Assembly: GCA_030141605.1 (NCBI GenBank)
Contig: JAQGDQ010000010.1
Location: forward strand, 1 to 64,000
From: Tubiluchus corallicola
Lineage: Eukaryota; Animalia; Priapulida
DNA: 64,000 nt
Reading direction: 5' to 3'
In this document: positions 1-15,254 of the stretch, in pieces
Layout of the letters: each line of letters opens with the position of its first letter
How positions within the stretch are numbered: position 1 is the stretch's first letter
Position numbers and translations under genes: made by a program
The notes under the pieces: generated by a model
The model's input: only the letters and a program-made list of their open reading frames with translations
Told to the model about the DNA's origin: nothing
Database searches by the model: none

Positions 1-1617
1 GGTTTGCAAATTATACTAAAAGAGGAAATTTTACACCTGGTCGTTAAGCGCACTCCAATAAAATGATGCCAAATTCATTCGTTAATTATTTTTGCATGCT
101 GAGTGTATGATATATCCTCCGTGGCGCAATGTATGTACGGTGTAATTACGATGAATGCTACACCTACGGCGCGCTGCTTTGAGAAAATTTGCCCAAATTC
201 TTCCAGTTTTAATTTTCATAAATTAGTGCGAAGATTTTGAGGCGTACAAATTTTAAAGTAACAGTTTAATTTTTGTGATAAATCGACCCCTGTTTCTTTT
301 AAGTACAAATTTTTTACCGTTATCAATACTGCTCGCCCTAATTCATACAGCAAACTAAATATACGACTGAAATCTCTTATTACTCTAAAACACAAAAAGA
401 GTTATGCATCCATTTTGACCATTGTTACACCACAGCTACAGAACGCATCCTAAGAACAAAAAGTATACTGTAAAATGATCATAAGAAGCATTGATCCTTT
501 GGGCTAAGTTAGATGGTATTTTGCAAAGCCGTTTGTGTAATACCATCAAACAAAAACATCTTTGCAAGATATTTGCAGTAAAATATAAACTTGTACATAT
601 AATAAACACTGATTTGCAAGCAAAAGCTGATGTTCTTGCAAAAAACGTTCAACAAAGTTTTCAATCAAAATTGTCAGTTCTATTACTACCAGCAAAATGG
701 CTTGTTTGTTTGTGGAGTGTTAAATAGTTTCACACCAGCCAAGATATGTAGTCTGTAAGGTAAATTGTTAAATTATCTATATAACGTATCATATATCTTT
801 TGGATATCTGACTACTAAATTGTATTTCGATGTTGCTTCTAAATTCTGGTAAATTACTTTGTTTTAGATACCTTAGAAATGAACAGTTTTGTTCGAAACC
901 GGTCGGCAATAAATTCCATTTTGATGGAATTTTAATTCATTGCGGAAATTTGCATTCAGTTTAGATCCACAGTAAAAACACGAAGTACTAACATCCATAA
1001 TTACATTTTAGAACTACAGTGTCATAAACTCATTCCCAGATATTCTTGGCCGATGAAATCAGCTGTTTAATCAGCTGTGATTAGCAATTCCTAATTACAG
1101 TGATTCACCAACGTGCAACAACACCAGCTACCAAGTGAACAGGTAGAGCTACCTGTCGTATTTGTGTTACAGGTACTGAATAATTTATCAATTCGAATTA
1201 CAGCTGAAACAATACCTGGGAAAGATTAATGATCGCAACAGGTACAGTATAATAGTGATGTTTCTATACGTCACATGAAAGAAGTGCATCAAACTGTGAT
1301 TTAAATAATTCAGTTATAGTTTTTTAAATTTTGTTAAATAATTATCAAATTATAAACCGCGATATCATGCACACACATTATGATTCATTGAAATCGGACA
1401 TATTAGCTGCACGGCTAAAGAATGAACTAATTCAACTAGCGAACTAAAAAGACGTGCACGTAGCAAATTATACAGAAAATACTTCATAAATAGAATTAAA
1501 TGGCCAGCCAATAAGTCAAACTGATTAACCAGGTAACTAGCCAGTCAACCAGTCTACATAAGATCAAATGTGTGAATGACAGATAGACAGACAGACAGAC
1601 GAACAAGTGATTGAATT

Positions 1618-1624
<7 letters not shown>
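1..1624 (+). repeat. Segment A, copy 1 (direct duplicate of 8799..10424; probably continues left of the window)
   Basis: Matches 8799..10424 (offset 8798, then 8800). ORF 491..727 is identical to ORF 9289..9525. Differences seen: C229 vs T9027 and a divergent patch at 733..878. Confidence 0.97.
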
Positions 1625-2665
<1,041 letters not shown>

Positions 2666-2666
<1 letters not shown>

Positions 2667-3818
2667 GCACATTACCAGTAATAATTATTTGTATATTCAC
2701 ATGCAGTTTATATATTATCAGCAAACAGAGCGTTCAAGCTGCATAAATACTTATACGCCTGCTAATGTTGGCTGTAGACTGGCATAAGTTGACTGAAGCC
2801 ACTTCAGTTGTCATATCCATCATCACGTGTGTCCAGATTCTCTTCCCTGGCTGCATGCTGTGGCTCAGTGGACGGCGCATTCACCTTGAAGCCACGCCTT
2901 GCTGTTAACAAAGACCCAAGTGAATGTAAACATAGCTTCGTGGTCGTTATAATAGCGGCTTCTTTTTTAGTTATAATCATATTCATAAGTATCGCTGAGA
3001 ATGGGGATCTTTTCTAAAAATAATTACTTTTAATAGCACAGATCAATGTTTGCTCCATTAGTTTTAAGTGTTGAAACTGTCGGAATGTTGAAGAAATGAA
3101 AACTGAGTTTTTTTGTTGAAAATAAAGAATATTTGATTATATGTCTATGTTTATTTTTCGGTCACGCTGGTATACGTTCAAATACTACATTGTTAAAAGT
3201 AAGAACTATTGTGCTTTGTTCATTATTATTAAGAGACTTAAAATTTGTCTGTTAACAAGCAGATTAAACTTCTGCGTTGTTGAGAATTGAGAATTATTGT
3301 TTTTCAAACAAAAGATTCAAGTAGTGAATTGTCGAAAAGTGCAATCTATCATTAAAATACTTTTATATTTGTTTGTCATAAAAACCTTTAAATAGTGCAT
3401 TGATAGATGTCATATTGTTTCTTTTTCACTTTTTTTCAAATAAATATTTTTCTTCCTTGTGAGGTGGGAGACTTATAATAATGCACATGAACACGTGAGT
3501 CAAGAATTGTTGTCTTTTGGTCGAAAGATCACATATAAATGTTGCGCTACGGACTGCAGAGACAGAACAAAGGGAAATGATGGTGGACAATATGAGGTTG
3601 AGAATAATTGGGCAATAACTGTTATGCATGACTTCCATTCTAGGTTTATATGTGCATAGATTTTATGCATATGTGTGCGTAAATATGTTGCGACTCATTT
3701 CTTAGAGCATCAGTTTGGCTGCACAAAAACTGTTGCATATTTATTGCTTATCCTAAATGAGGCATACCTATACTTGCAGGGAAACTGCTTACAAGTCACA
3801 TTTGACTACTAGTAAGTG
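2666..3818 (-). repeat. Segment C, inverted copy of 5790..6942 (left arm of a 1153 bp inverted repeat)
   Basis: Reverse complement of 5790..6942 (coordinate sum 9608). Four ORF pairs are identical on opposite strands, e.g. 3426..3638(-) and 5970..6182(+). Confidence 0.97.
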
Positions 3819-3912
3819 CTCGACCTAGGTAATTAACTTTCCTAATTTTATGATGATATAATCTCATACGGTATGATATGAAAATTCTGCATGACGCACT
3901 GAGTGAGAGAAA

Positions 3913-4860
3913 ATATTTATTAAAGTTACATGTTTACATCAACCATACATAACATTTACAATCATTTGCACCGTTCTATGTAGACGTAATTTAGACGTAA
4001 ACCCCACCATTTAGGCTCACAAGTCACTGCCTACTAAGGCCAAAAGATTTTCGTAAGCGTGTACGCCTAACAAAATTCATACGGATCATATCATTGTACA
4101 TGGTCCAAGATGTAATCCACAATTCTGTAAAGATTTACCCAAATGGCACTGCTTATAGATTGCTTTTTGCCTTTTCACGTAAGAGTTTTGTATGAAACGA
4201 GCAGCAAGGATTTCAGTTAAAACATCAACATTCATAATGAAAGCAAGTTTTTCAGTATTCACCAGTTTCATGAAATTTGTTAATGTGATAACATTTTTGA
4301 AATAAATCCCTTCTCTGTGCATTGTAAAACGGGCAATTAAGAAGGAAATGTATCTCGTTTTCTATTTTACACATTGTCTAAATTACACATTTCGCATATT
4401 CGTTCCTGCAAAGCAAGCCCGTCGAATCGGCCAGTCTCGATTTTTAAAGGCAAAACGCCACATCTAAACTGAGATAAAAGTGATCTTTATGATTTACATA
4501 ACGGTATATGTAAATAGTGTTTCGTATAAAAACCTTGTTTAAAAAGTTTAATCGTTTTCAGTTTTGGTTTAATAGTAACCTGGCGAGTCTATTCAGCTTT
4601 AAACAGATCGAAAGGCTTTTCTTTACATTGCGGGATTTGTAACACCGATAACTAATTGTAAACCAGTTGTAAATTGTAAAATCTGATTTACATCATAGGA
4701 CCAATTACTGACATTTTCTTTAAAGCACAAATTCCAATCCCAATCGAAAACGTTTTTGGTTAATATGTTATCATCAAATATCGTCATTCTATTCCAAAGT
4801 CGAAGTATATCAGTTTTTCTTCTTAAGGTACTAGGTAGGAGCCCAACCGGCTTCAATAAT
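3913..4860 (-). mobile_element. 5'-truncated, decayed non-LTR retrotransposon (LINE ORF2 C-terminus plus 3' UTR)
   Basis: Minus-strand translation with a frameshift: ...ILRLWNRM..DDNILTKNVFDWD...RSLLSQFRCGVLPLKIETGRFDGLALQERICEMCNLD/IENEIHFLLNCPFYNAQR. This is the IETGR..ERIC..C..E.E.HFL..CP.Y motif of invertebrate LINE ORF2 ends. AATAAA lies on the minus strand near 3915. Confidence 0.85.
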
Positions 4861-5654
4861 CACACCACTATATTACAGTCTAGCCAATAAATTACATTTT
4901 GTCTTAATTTACTTATCTTCATATAAAAAAGCAATTCATATTTATCCGAAAAATTATTATCTGGAATACAAATGTATACCATGAATCTGGGCCTTGGTCC
5001 AAACATAGCATGAACAGCTTGTTTAAATGGAGAACGTTTCCGATAAGGTTTGTCTGATAAACATTATGGTGATCCATCATTCTCTATTAGTTATCTCGTT
5101 TTTCAATATTATTAACAACACATCAGATAAAATGTCCACTTATCTTTCCAAAACGAAATTTTAAACTGACGGTGCCAATGAAGATTGGCAAGTATATGGA
5201 CGACGGTCAGTTAAGTTCACTGTGTTACAGAGGACACTAAAGTAATTAAAGGCAGACAGATAAGAGGAGAATGAGCTACCACAAGTGCTACTGATCACGA
5301 CATGCAAACGAGTGCCATTGATGTACGGCAGATGATTGAGGCTCGAGTGTTAAATGAATTACGCAACCCGCGACAGCAAATGCAATAAGATACAACCATT
5401 ACGCACTAATACATCCTTTTATCTATGAATATAACTTAGTCTGATAGGATTGCTACCAATATGGAGATATACTTTCGCATATTCTGGACTAAGTAGTTTC
5501 CAGATTTCACAGAATTAGCAATTTTAAAACTTTTACGTTATTGGGCCTGTGTATGTAAAATATCTGAGGTCTTAGCTTTCGCTGAAGTTTTAACTAAACA
5601 TTTGCAAAAATAAACTCTTCGGAGGGCGTTTACAATTCCCCACACAATTTAAAT

Positions 5655-5750
5655 ACCCTAACCATAACACACAAAGCGCAAATCCGAACCCTAACCCTAA
5701 CATCAAAACCCAAATCCGAACCCCAACCCTAACCCTAATCCTAATCCGCT
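5655..5750 (+). repeat. Degenerate (CCCTAA)n telomere-like hexamer tract
   Basis: ccctaaccctaa, ccccaaccctaaccctaatcctaatcc and ccgaac variants. Confidence 0.7.
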
Positions 5751-5789
5751 TCACGAACTAATTTCTTGAGTGTGGGGAGCCAAACACTT

Positions 5790-6942
5790 CACTTACTAGT
5801 AGTCAAATGTGACTTGTAAGCAGTTTCCCTGCAAGTATAGGTATGCCTCATTTAGGATAAGCAATAAATATGCAACAGTTTTTGTGCAGCCAAACTGATG
5901 CTCTAAGAAATGAGTCGCAACATATTTACGCACACATATGCATAAAATCTATGCACATATAAACCTAGAATGGAAGTCATGCATAACAGTTATTGCCCAA
6001 TTATTCTCAACCTCATATTGTCCACCATCATTTCCCTTTGTTCTGTCTCTGCAGTCCGTAGCGCAACATTTATATGTGATCTTTCGACCAAAAGACAACA
6101 ATTCTTGACTCACGTGTTCATGTGCATTATTATAAGTCTCCCACCTCACAAGGAAGAAAAATATTTATTTGAAAAAAAGTGAAAAAGAAACAATATGACA
6201 TCTATCAATGCACTATTTAAAGGTTTTTATGACAAACAAATATAAAAGTATTTTAATGATAGATTGCACTTTTCGACAATTCACTACTTGAATCTTTTGT
6301 TTGAAAAACAATAATTCTCAATTCTCAACAACGCAGAAGTTTAATCTGCTTGTTAACAGACAAATTTTAAGTCTCTTAATAATAATGAACAAAGCACAAT
6401 AGTTCTTACTTTTAACAATGTAGTATTTGAACGTATACCAGCGTGACCGAAAAATAAACATAGACATATAATCAAATATTCTTTATTTTCAACAAAAAAA
6501 CTCAGTTTTCATTTCTTCAACATTCCGACAGTTTCAACACTTAAAACTAATGGAGCAAACATTGATCTGTGCTATTAAAAGTAATTATTTTTAGAAAAGA
6601 TCCCCATTCTCAGCGATACTTATGAATATGATTATAACTAAAAAAGAAGCCGCTATTATAACGACCACGAAGCTATGTTTACATTCACTTGGGTCTTTGT
6701 TAACAGCAAGGCGTGGCTTCAAGGTGAATGCGCCGTCCACTGAGCCACAGCATGCAGCCAGGGAAGAGAATCTGGACACACGTGATGATGGATATGACAA
6801 CTGAAGTGGCTTCAGTCAACTTATGCCAGTCTACAGCCAACATTAGCAGGCGTATAAGTATTTATGCAGCTTGAACGCTCTGTTTGCTGATAATATATAA
6901 ACTGCATGTGAATATACAAATAATTATTACTGGTAATGTGCC
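5790..6942 (+). repeat. Segment C (right arm of the inverted repeat)
   Basis: Reverse complement of 2666..3818. Confidence 0.97.
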
Positions 6943-7909
6943 ATGTTGTACTATGAATAAGCAACGAAATGACTAATAGGCAATCGCACTGTTTCTAAAT
7001 AGCTTCACGCTGTTATTCATACACACTAATCACGCAATAGTGAACAAAATACCAACTAAAGTAATGGTGGGAAATCCCTCTTAGATACCTACGCGTGGCA
7101 TCTATCTATCTCTCTCTCTCTATATATATATATATGTATTATTACAGTAAAATCATTCTGCTGAAACGTAAAGATTTATTTATTATATTGCGGTTTGCTT
7201 TACAGTATACAGTCACTATACCTTACAAAAAATATGTCTAGAAGTATTAACTATTTGAACCAGTTAAAGTGGACCCATTAATATAAAAGACAAGATTAAC
7301 TCATTCCGAGAATCTTGGCGTTCGATTGAAAAAAAAACTAAAATGAATTTTGCACTTATATATCATCGTCATCATAAGTCTATTACGTCTGTTGTATAGG
7401 TACTGGGCAGGTAGAATTCTAAAACAAAAGAAATAAAAGTTAATCCAGCAAAAAACTAGACACTGCTATGCCAGTGGATTGTCGCTTATACTCCATACAA
7501 ATGTCAAGCAACGCGTTAACCTGGCTTTGCATGCTGCCATCTATCAGCTGAAAACGAAAATATAATGCGTACTATATAATGCGTAACAATATACTAGCAT
7601 GAAAATAGAGCAACTCATTGGCTCTAAACTGGCCAGCATTGTTGACTGTGCGTCATTTGCTCAACCAATAGCATCACACGCATTACGTAAACTAGCCTAC
7701 AAAGGAATGCTCTATTTCTATTTTATTTCAATTTCAGTTTTGCACCAAATCAGCAATTCGCACAACATTCTCGTTGTGTTCCGATTTCGGACTTTAATAA
7801 CACATAGTCTTAAAAATAAACACAGCGAAATAAAACGCAAAAATATTACTATAACTAAGTAAATAAAACAATGAACTAACATCTAAAACAACCCAATGAC
7901 GAGATAGCC

Positions 7910-7965
7910 TATACAAATATATATATATTTATATATATACATATACATATATATATATATATATA

Positions 7966-8010
<45 letters not shown>
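7910..8010. repeat. (AT)n microsatellite, imperfect
   Basis: Seen directly. Confidence 0.9.
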
Positions 8011-8012
<2 letters not shown>

Positions 8013-8798
8013 ATTATAATATATTATTGTAATTTTGGTTTGTGAATCGCCCATATAAAACGCCACATTTTTCTATGAAATACAATCGACAATACATTGT
8101 CACTTTGCTGCTATATGATATTTTAAACTATGCTCAGAAAAGAAAGGTCACAAAAAGGTTACTGTACTCCATCTTGCATCAAACAAGTATTGCTACGTAT
8201 GCATTCCGTACATATTTATACATTAATATGTAATGTGTTTTTTACGCAGCAATATCTGTTTTTTCTCACCTTAAAACTAAAAAAATATAAACTTGATTTT
8301 TAGCAATGACAAACATATCTAATTCCCCTGCAAAATTAGTATTGGTAAGTCGTTTTTTCTTAAAGAGATATAATGTATTTCGCAATGATACACGCGCCAT
8401 CAGTACGTATAAAATGATTAACAACGACATTACAGAATTTGCACTAAACAGATTAAATCAGTCTGGTACTTAAATTTATTAAATAATAATTATGTAAGGA
8501 AGGACATAATGCTCCTTCTTGCCAAAGGCAATGTAGCTATTCGGCAAAACAATTTTAATTTCGCTTTAATTCAAAATCCATTTATTTAACGAAAGGCCAG
8601 CCTGAAATATTGTTAACATTTCTAATATTATTATAGTTATTTGTCAATGATGATTATACTACGTCCGGTGGAAAGACGAAACCGTCGTGTAAACGTTAAA
8701 GCAATTACGAGAAAAATTTTCTCCTCTCTTCCTTTCTTTGAGAGAAGCCGGGAAGATTTTGAAATCTTGCAGTTGCAAATTAAGAACTGCTTTGAAAA

Positions 8799-10424
8799 GG
8801 TTTGCAAATTATACTAAAAGAGGAAATTTTACACCTGGTCGTTAAGCGCACTCCAATAAAATGATGCCAAATTCATTCGTTAATTATTTTTGCATGCTGA
8901 GTGTATGATATATCCTCCGTGGCGCAATGTATGTACGGTGTAATTACGATGAATGCTACACCTACGGCGCGCTGCTTTGAGAAAATTTGCCCAAATTCTT
9001 CCAGTTTTAATTTTCATAAATTAGTGTGAAGATTTTGAGGCGTACAAATTTTAAAGTAACAGTTTAATTTTTGTGATAAATCGACCCCTGTTTCTTTTAA
9101 GTACAAATTTTTTACCGTTATCAATACTGCTCGCCCTAATTCATACAGCAAACTAAATATACGACTGAAATCTCTTATTACTCTAAAACACAAAAAGAGT
9201 TATGCATCCATTTTGACCATTGTTACACCACAGCTACAGAACGCATCCTAAGAACAAAAAGTATACTGTAAAATGATCATAAGAAGCATTGATCCTTTGG
9301 GCTAAGTTAGATGGTATTTTGCAAAGCCGTTTGTGTAATACCATCAAACAAAAACATCTTTGCAAGATATTTGCAGTAAAATATAAACTTGTACATATAA
9401 TAAACACTGATTTGCAAGCAAAAGCTGATGTTCTTGCAAAAAACGTTCAACAAAGTTTTCAATCAAAATTGTCAGTTCTATTACTACCAGCAAAATGGCT
9501 TGTTTGTTTGTGGAGTGTTAAATAGTTTCATACTAATCAAGATATGTAGTCTGTAAGATAAATTGTTAAATTATCTGCATAATATTATATCATATATCTT
9601 TTGGCTATTAACTATTGAAGAGTACTTCGATTTTGTTTCTAAATTCTGGTAAACTTCGTTGTTTTAGATGCCTTGATGATGAACAGTTTTGTTCGAAACC
9701 GGTCGGCAATAAATTCCATTTTGATGGAATTTTAATTCATTGCGGAAATTTGCATTCAGTTTAGATCCACAGTAAAAACACGAAGTACTAACATCCATAA
9801 TTACATTTTAGAACTACAGTGTCATAAACTCATTCCCAGATATTCTTGGCCGATGAAATCAGCTGTTTAATCAGCTGTGATTAGCAATTCCTAATTACAG
9901 TGATTCACCAACGTGCAACAACACCAGCTACCAAGTGAACAGGTAGAGCTACCTGTCGTATTTGTGTTACAGGTACTGAATAATTTATCAATTCGAATTA
10001 CAGCTGAAACAATACCTGGGAAAGATTAATGATCGCAACAGGTACAGTATAATAGTGATGTTTCTATACGTCACATGAAAGAAGTGCATCAAACTGTGAT
10101 TTAAATAATTCAGTTATAGTTTTTTAAATTTTGTTAAATAATTATCAAATTATAAACCGCGATATCATGCACACACATTATGATTCATTGAAATCGGACA
10201 TATTAGCTGCACGGCTAAAGAATGAACTAATTCAACTAGCGAACTAAAAAGACGTGCACGTAGCAAATTATACAGAAAATACTTCATAAATAGAATTAAA
10301 TGGCCAGCCAATAAGTCAAACTGATTAACCAGGTAACTAGCCAGTCAACCAGTCTACATAAGATCAAATGTGTGAATGACAGATAGACAGACAGACAGAC
10401 GAACAAGTGATTGAATTAAGAAAC
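8799..10424 (+). repeat. Segment A, copy 2
   Basis: Direct repeat of 1..1624. Confidence 0.97.
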
Positions 10425-10685
10425 CAAGAAAATGTAAAGAAATATGTACAATAAATATAAACAAATATAAACAATTATAAGTGAAGAATTCTAAAAATAA
10501 CCAATAACCAACAATTTAACTAATGGTTTCATGTGTCCATTCATCACATGGAAGCAGCGTATGGTACAAACAAATGGTAGAGTGCATGACTGAACGACAA
10601 GTTAAGGAACGAACGAATGAACACAGCGTTGACAGACACACAGTGAATTAAAACAACTTGCGACAAACTGATAAACTGGTATCAG

Positions 10686-11743
<1,058 letters not shown>

Positions 11744-12399
11744 TTACAAGACAGAGCGATCCAGGAGTAATTAAAAAAAATCATAATGCGATAAATTTAC
11801 AATGCATAAACGTTACTAATGTGTGTGCCTGCTATTTATTGCCTGTGAAGTTGGGTGATCCTCATACATGTGAACACTGGGAATCTCTGGGAATCTTGCG
11901 ACGTTTATAGAAGCTATAAGATTTGACAAAAAACATAAATCACCGCCAAACATGGGAAGTTTAACACACAATTAGGCGGTGGTCAGTGACGAATGGACGC
12001 GCCCTCGCTTCTGTTTGCGGATAACGGGATGCCGCCATATTTGTTTGCTCGTCCGTATTTGCACGCACAATTGTAGGTTTTGCGTCAATATTTTGGGAGA
12101 GCCAGGACAGACGCCAGTAGACTTACAAACTGCCCTACCGGAGCGCTGTCAACCACTGTACTGGTCATGCATCTCAAAATCTCACATGCAGTTCCCAATC
12201 ATCCCCACTCAGATTAGTTTACTTTTAATAGCTACTTAAATGTCGTTTAGTCAGTTTATCTTTTTGGAATTAATAATAATGGAGTTAATAATGGAATTTC
12301 AGAAGTTTATCAGGAAGTTTACCTTTATCATAAATAGAAACTCTAACTTTAACTTGGTGATTTGTCCCAATCAAATCGTAAACTAAGTGACCCAGACCA

Positions 12400-12665
12400 C
12401 AGTAATGATGGCAATGACGACTCCAAAACGATGATGGTAATGACAGCGAGGATGATAATAATAGCCAAAAATGAGGAAAATGATGGTGATGATGATGACT
12501 ATGGCGACGGTGACGATGATGATGGTGATGATAAAGGTATTGATGGTGATGACCATCAAAGAGCAAGGTTATGGCGAGTCTTGGCAACAGTGATCTATAC
12601 TGGTGGCAAGCAATATTACCATTAGTTAATGATATGTTGAGAGAAGCTGATGATGATGACAACAA
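12400..12665. repeat. Degenerate (GAT/GAC/GGT)n trinucleotide tract
   Basis: Seen directly; explains the Asp-rich and His-rich spurious ORFs. Confidence 0.85.
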
Positions 12666-14726
12666 TGTTTTTTATGACCAAAATGTTGATAATCATTTCA
12701 GAGCATGCGTAATATCTTTTGTAGTAAATATTACGACAGTGAAAAAACTACTGATAAAGCCGCATTCAAGAAAACGTTACACATGTATTTCCAGTCTTTC
12801 AAGCATTGCTGCATAACAAAGTATTCCACAAAGAAGCAGTCAAATGTAGCGTTACTTACAAACAATCAACAACACAGGAAATTCCTTTTGGCAACATTGC
12901 ATCCACTGCAAGCATACGTTCCGCGTCGGCACAGTGACCGTAAATTCGATCAAGCATTTTCAAATTTCATCAGTACATCTTTGCGGTAGTCCACTCTACA
13001 GCAATTACGCTCTATCAGTCGTACCGGCGCTGGCTTTATCCCGACAGTGCCGTTTTAAGAATGCTGTTGACACAGGACATTAGGCTGGCTAGAGCCATCT
13101 GTTATAGCCAGACCAGAAGAACTAATGCCGGGCTTTCAACGGTGATCCACAAGACAAATTTACAAACGTTGCGATGCCTACTTACGACTTATACAGCGCT
13201 GCCTTTTTGATGGACACAGTTTAGACTATAATAACATTGCATTTCTGGTTCAGTTCTTAACTACAGCATTAGTCCTTCCGTATTACGTAGCTTTCTAAGA
13301 ATCTTTTGAATATTTTTTCGTTTCAGTTAGAAATTTTGAACACTTTTAATTACAGCTCAGCAAATAAAACTCAGGCACATCAAGCAAATTTTAAGCAGCA
13401 TCAATTTAGGACAGCTTCGTATCAGAACCACCGAAATTAGTACACGTCCATATGACACGTTTAATGCAGTTCCTTTGTGTTGGTAACGCAAGAGAAGACT
13501 AGAAATGCAAAACAAGTCACACACAGGAAAATTAAAGAAATGGACACAGCATTTACAGAAGAACATACATAGATCTATCACTTGAAAAATTGATAAACAC
13601 AAAAAATTGGTAGAAATCCTAGTAAGTGAGTGTTAAGTAGGTATTGTCTCATAATAAACTCTCATTTTGGACAGGTGCCAGAGAATGGCTGAGCTATCAG
13701 AGGGTGCAATTGTAAACAACGGCATTAACTGTTCAAAATTTTGATCACTACACAAACCAAATCATCCTTAATTTGTGTCATTATTGTTCATTGGCTGCAA
13801 ATTAATGTTTGAACCACTATGAATCAGAAATACTCGGTTTCAATAGGAGCATATTGTCATTTAGAGTGATTAGGTTTCTAGAAGTAGGCAAAGCCGATTT
13901 GTTCCGCTTACAAACAGCAGAAACGTGCCTGCTGGAATCATTGACCAAAGATCGCAAAGAAATCTGTCAAGACTACACATCTTTAAAACGTCCATCGTTT
14001 GCATTTGCGGGCAGATTGCGTGCACACTATATAGAACTGCTAGAATCACGGCATAAATTTGACAAATGACTCGCATTCAGAGAGAAATTACAGCGCTAGG
14101 AGACAGATACTGCTACGCCGACCCATCTTTATTATCCCATCTATCACTGGCTAATGTTAACGTCTTTGGCACAAATCGCTACATAAGACCAGCTCAAAAA
14201 ACGAGTTACGAAAAAGAAGGTTTGTTAAGTGTGTTCCGTGGAAACTTCATCATTTACGAGGTGTATGGAAATTAATTTTCGCCAACTCGTCTGTTGCTAT
14301 GGTAACAACGGTTAAGGAGTGAATCACTTCCTTTGGAAACGTATGAGAAAAGTACCGAGAAAAACGAAATTTAGGGCAAGTGAATAGCAAAGTGGTTAAC
14401 GTGTGCGTTTAGCAACCAAAGTTAAGCATTGCTTACGGGTTAGTAAATGGAGTGCCAGAAAAATTGCATTTACGAGAGCTCATCTGCAACATTTTTCCTT
14501 CGGCTATTTCTCTCATTTACATGGTTAAGGACATCATATCTCAAAGGATTATCTTTGGTACCTACCGGTGCTGCCACAACCACCAAGATAGTAGGCGGGT
14601 CCTGTTTTTAGCGGCAGATAGCAGCTTGTAGTGTCGTGAACTGTATAAGAAAATTGCCATTGCACGATCTGGCTTAAGTAAAGTATTTTGTACTTAAGTT
14701 AAATGTAACTAAACTACTATCTGATA

Positions 14727-15254
14727 CAGCGGTTCCCAGCCTTTTTTGTCCCGTTCCCCGCTTTTGAAGGCTGCTGATTCTCGTTTCCCCTTGCCCACAA
14801 ACAAAATGAAAAATGCATTTTTTTAATTAATTTTTTTTACTCATACCGAGAAAGAAAAGGAAAACGAACTATAAGCCACTCAGTTATTAGAATAGTGAGT
14901 ATATACATTTATCAAAAAACGCTGGGTACAATCAAAACAAAGGAGCAAAACACGACCAAATTAATTTTATCTGTAGTACGCTAGCCAAGAGCAAGAGAGA
15001 GAGAGAGGACGCTTCGCTCACTGCCGTGTGTGGTCAGGCCAGTGAGTGGGCTACTCGCCCTGCGCCGCTGTCTCAGGCAGCCATGTGGTCGGATCTAAAC
15101 GTCTTAAGCGGGAGGGTGTGTTGCGTTGGCTATAAAGGCTTTCTGTACTTTTTTCTCTGCTTTTCTACATATTTTTTTTTACTTTTCCACCCATTCGTCC
15201 CCCCCCCCCCGGAGTTGGCTCATTCACTCCCCCCCCCCCGGTTGAGAACCCCTG
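14727..15254. mobile_element. hAT-like non-autonomous element (MITE)
   Basis: Termini CAGCGGTTCCCAGCC ... GGTTGAGAACCCCTG are imperfect TIRs of the CAG(T/G)GGTTC(T/C)CAAC type. No clean 8 bp TSD. Confidence 0.6.

Noticed and set aside
491-727. Duplicated ORFs (491/9289, 2804-3017/6591-6804, 3426-3659/5949-6182) as a gene family
   Set aside because: Identity reflects DNA duplication. The ORFs are short, often start at TTG/GTG, and have no recognisable motifs.
12970-13010. HLCGS peptide resembling a trypsin HxCGG motif
   Set aside because: No AAHC, DIAL or GDSGGP motifs follow.
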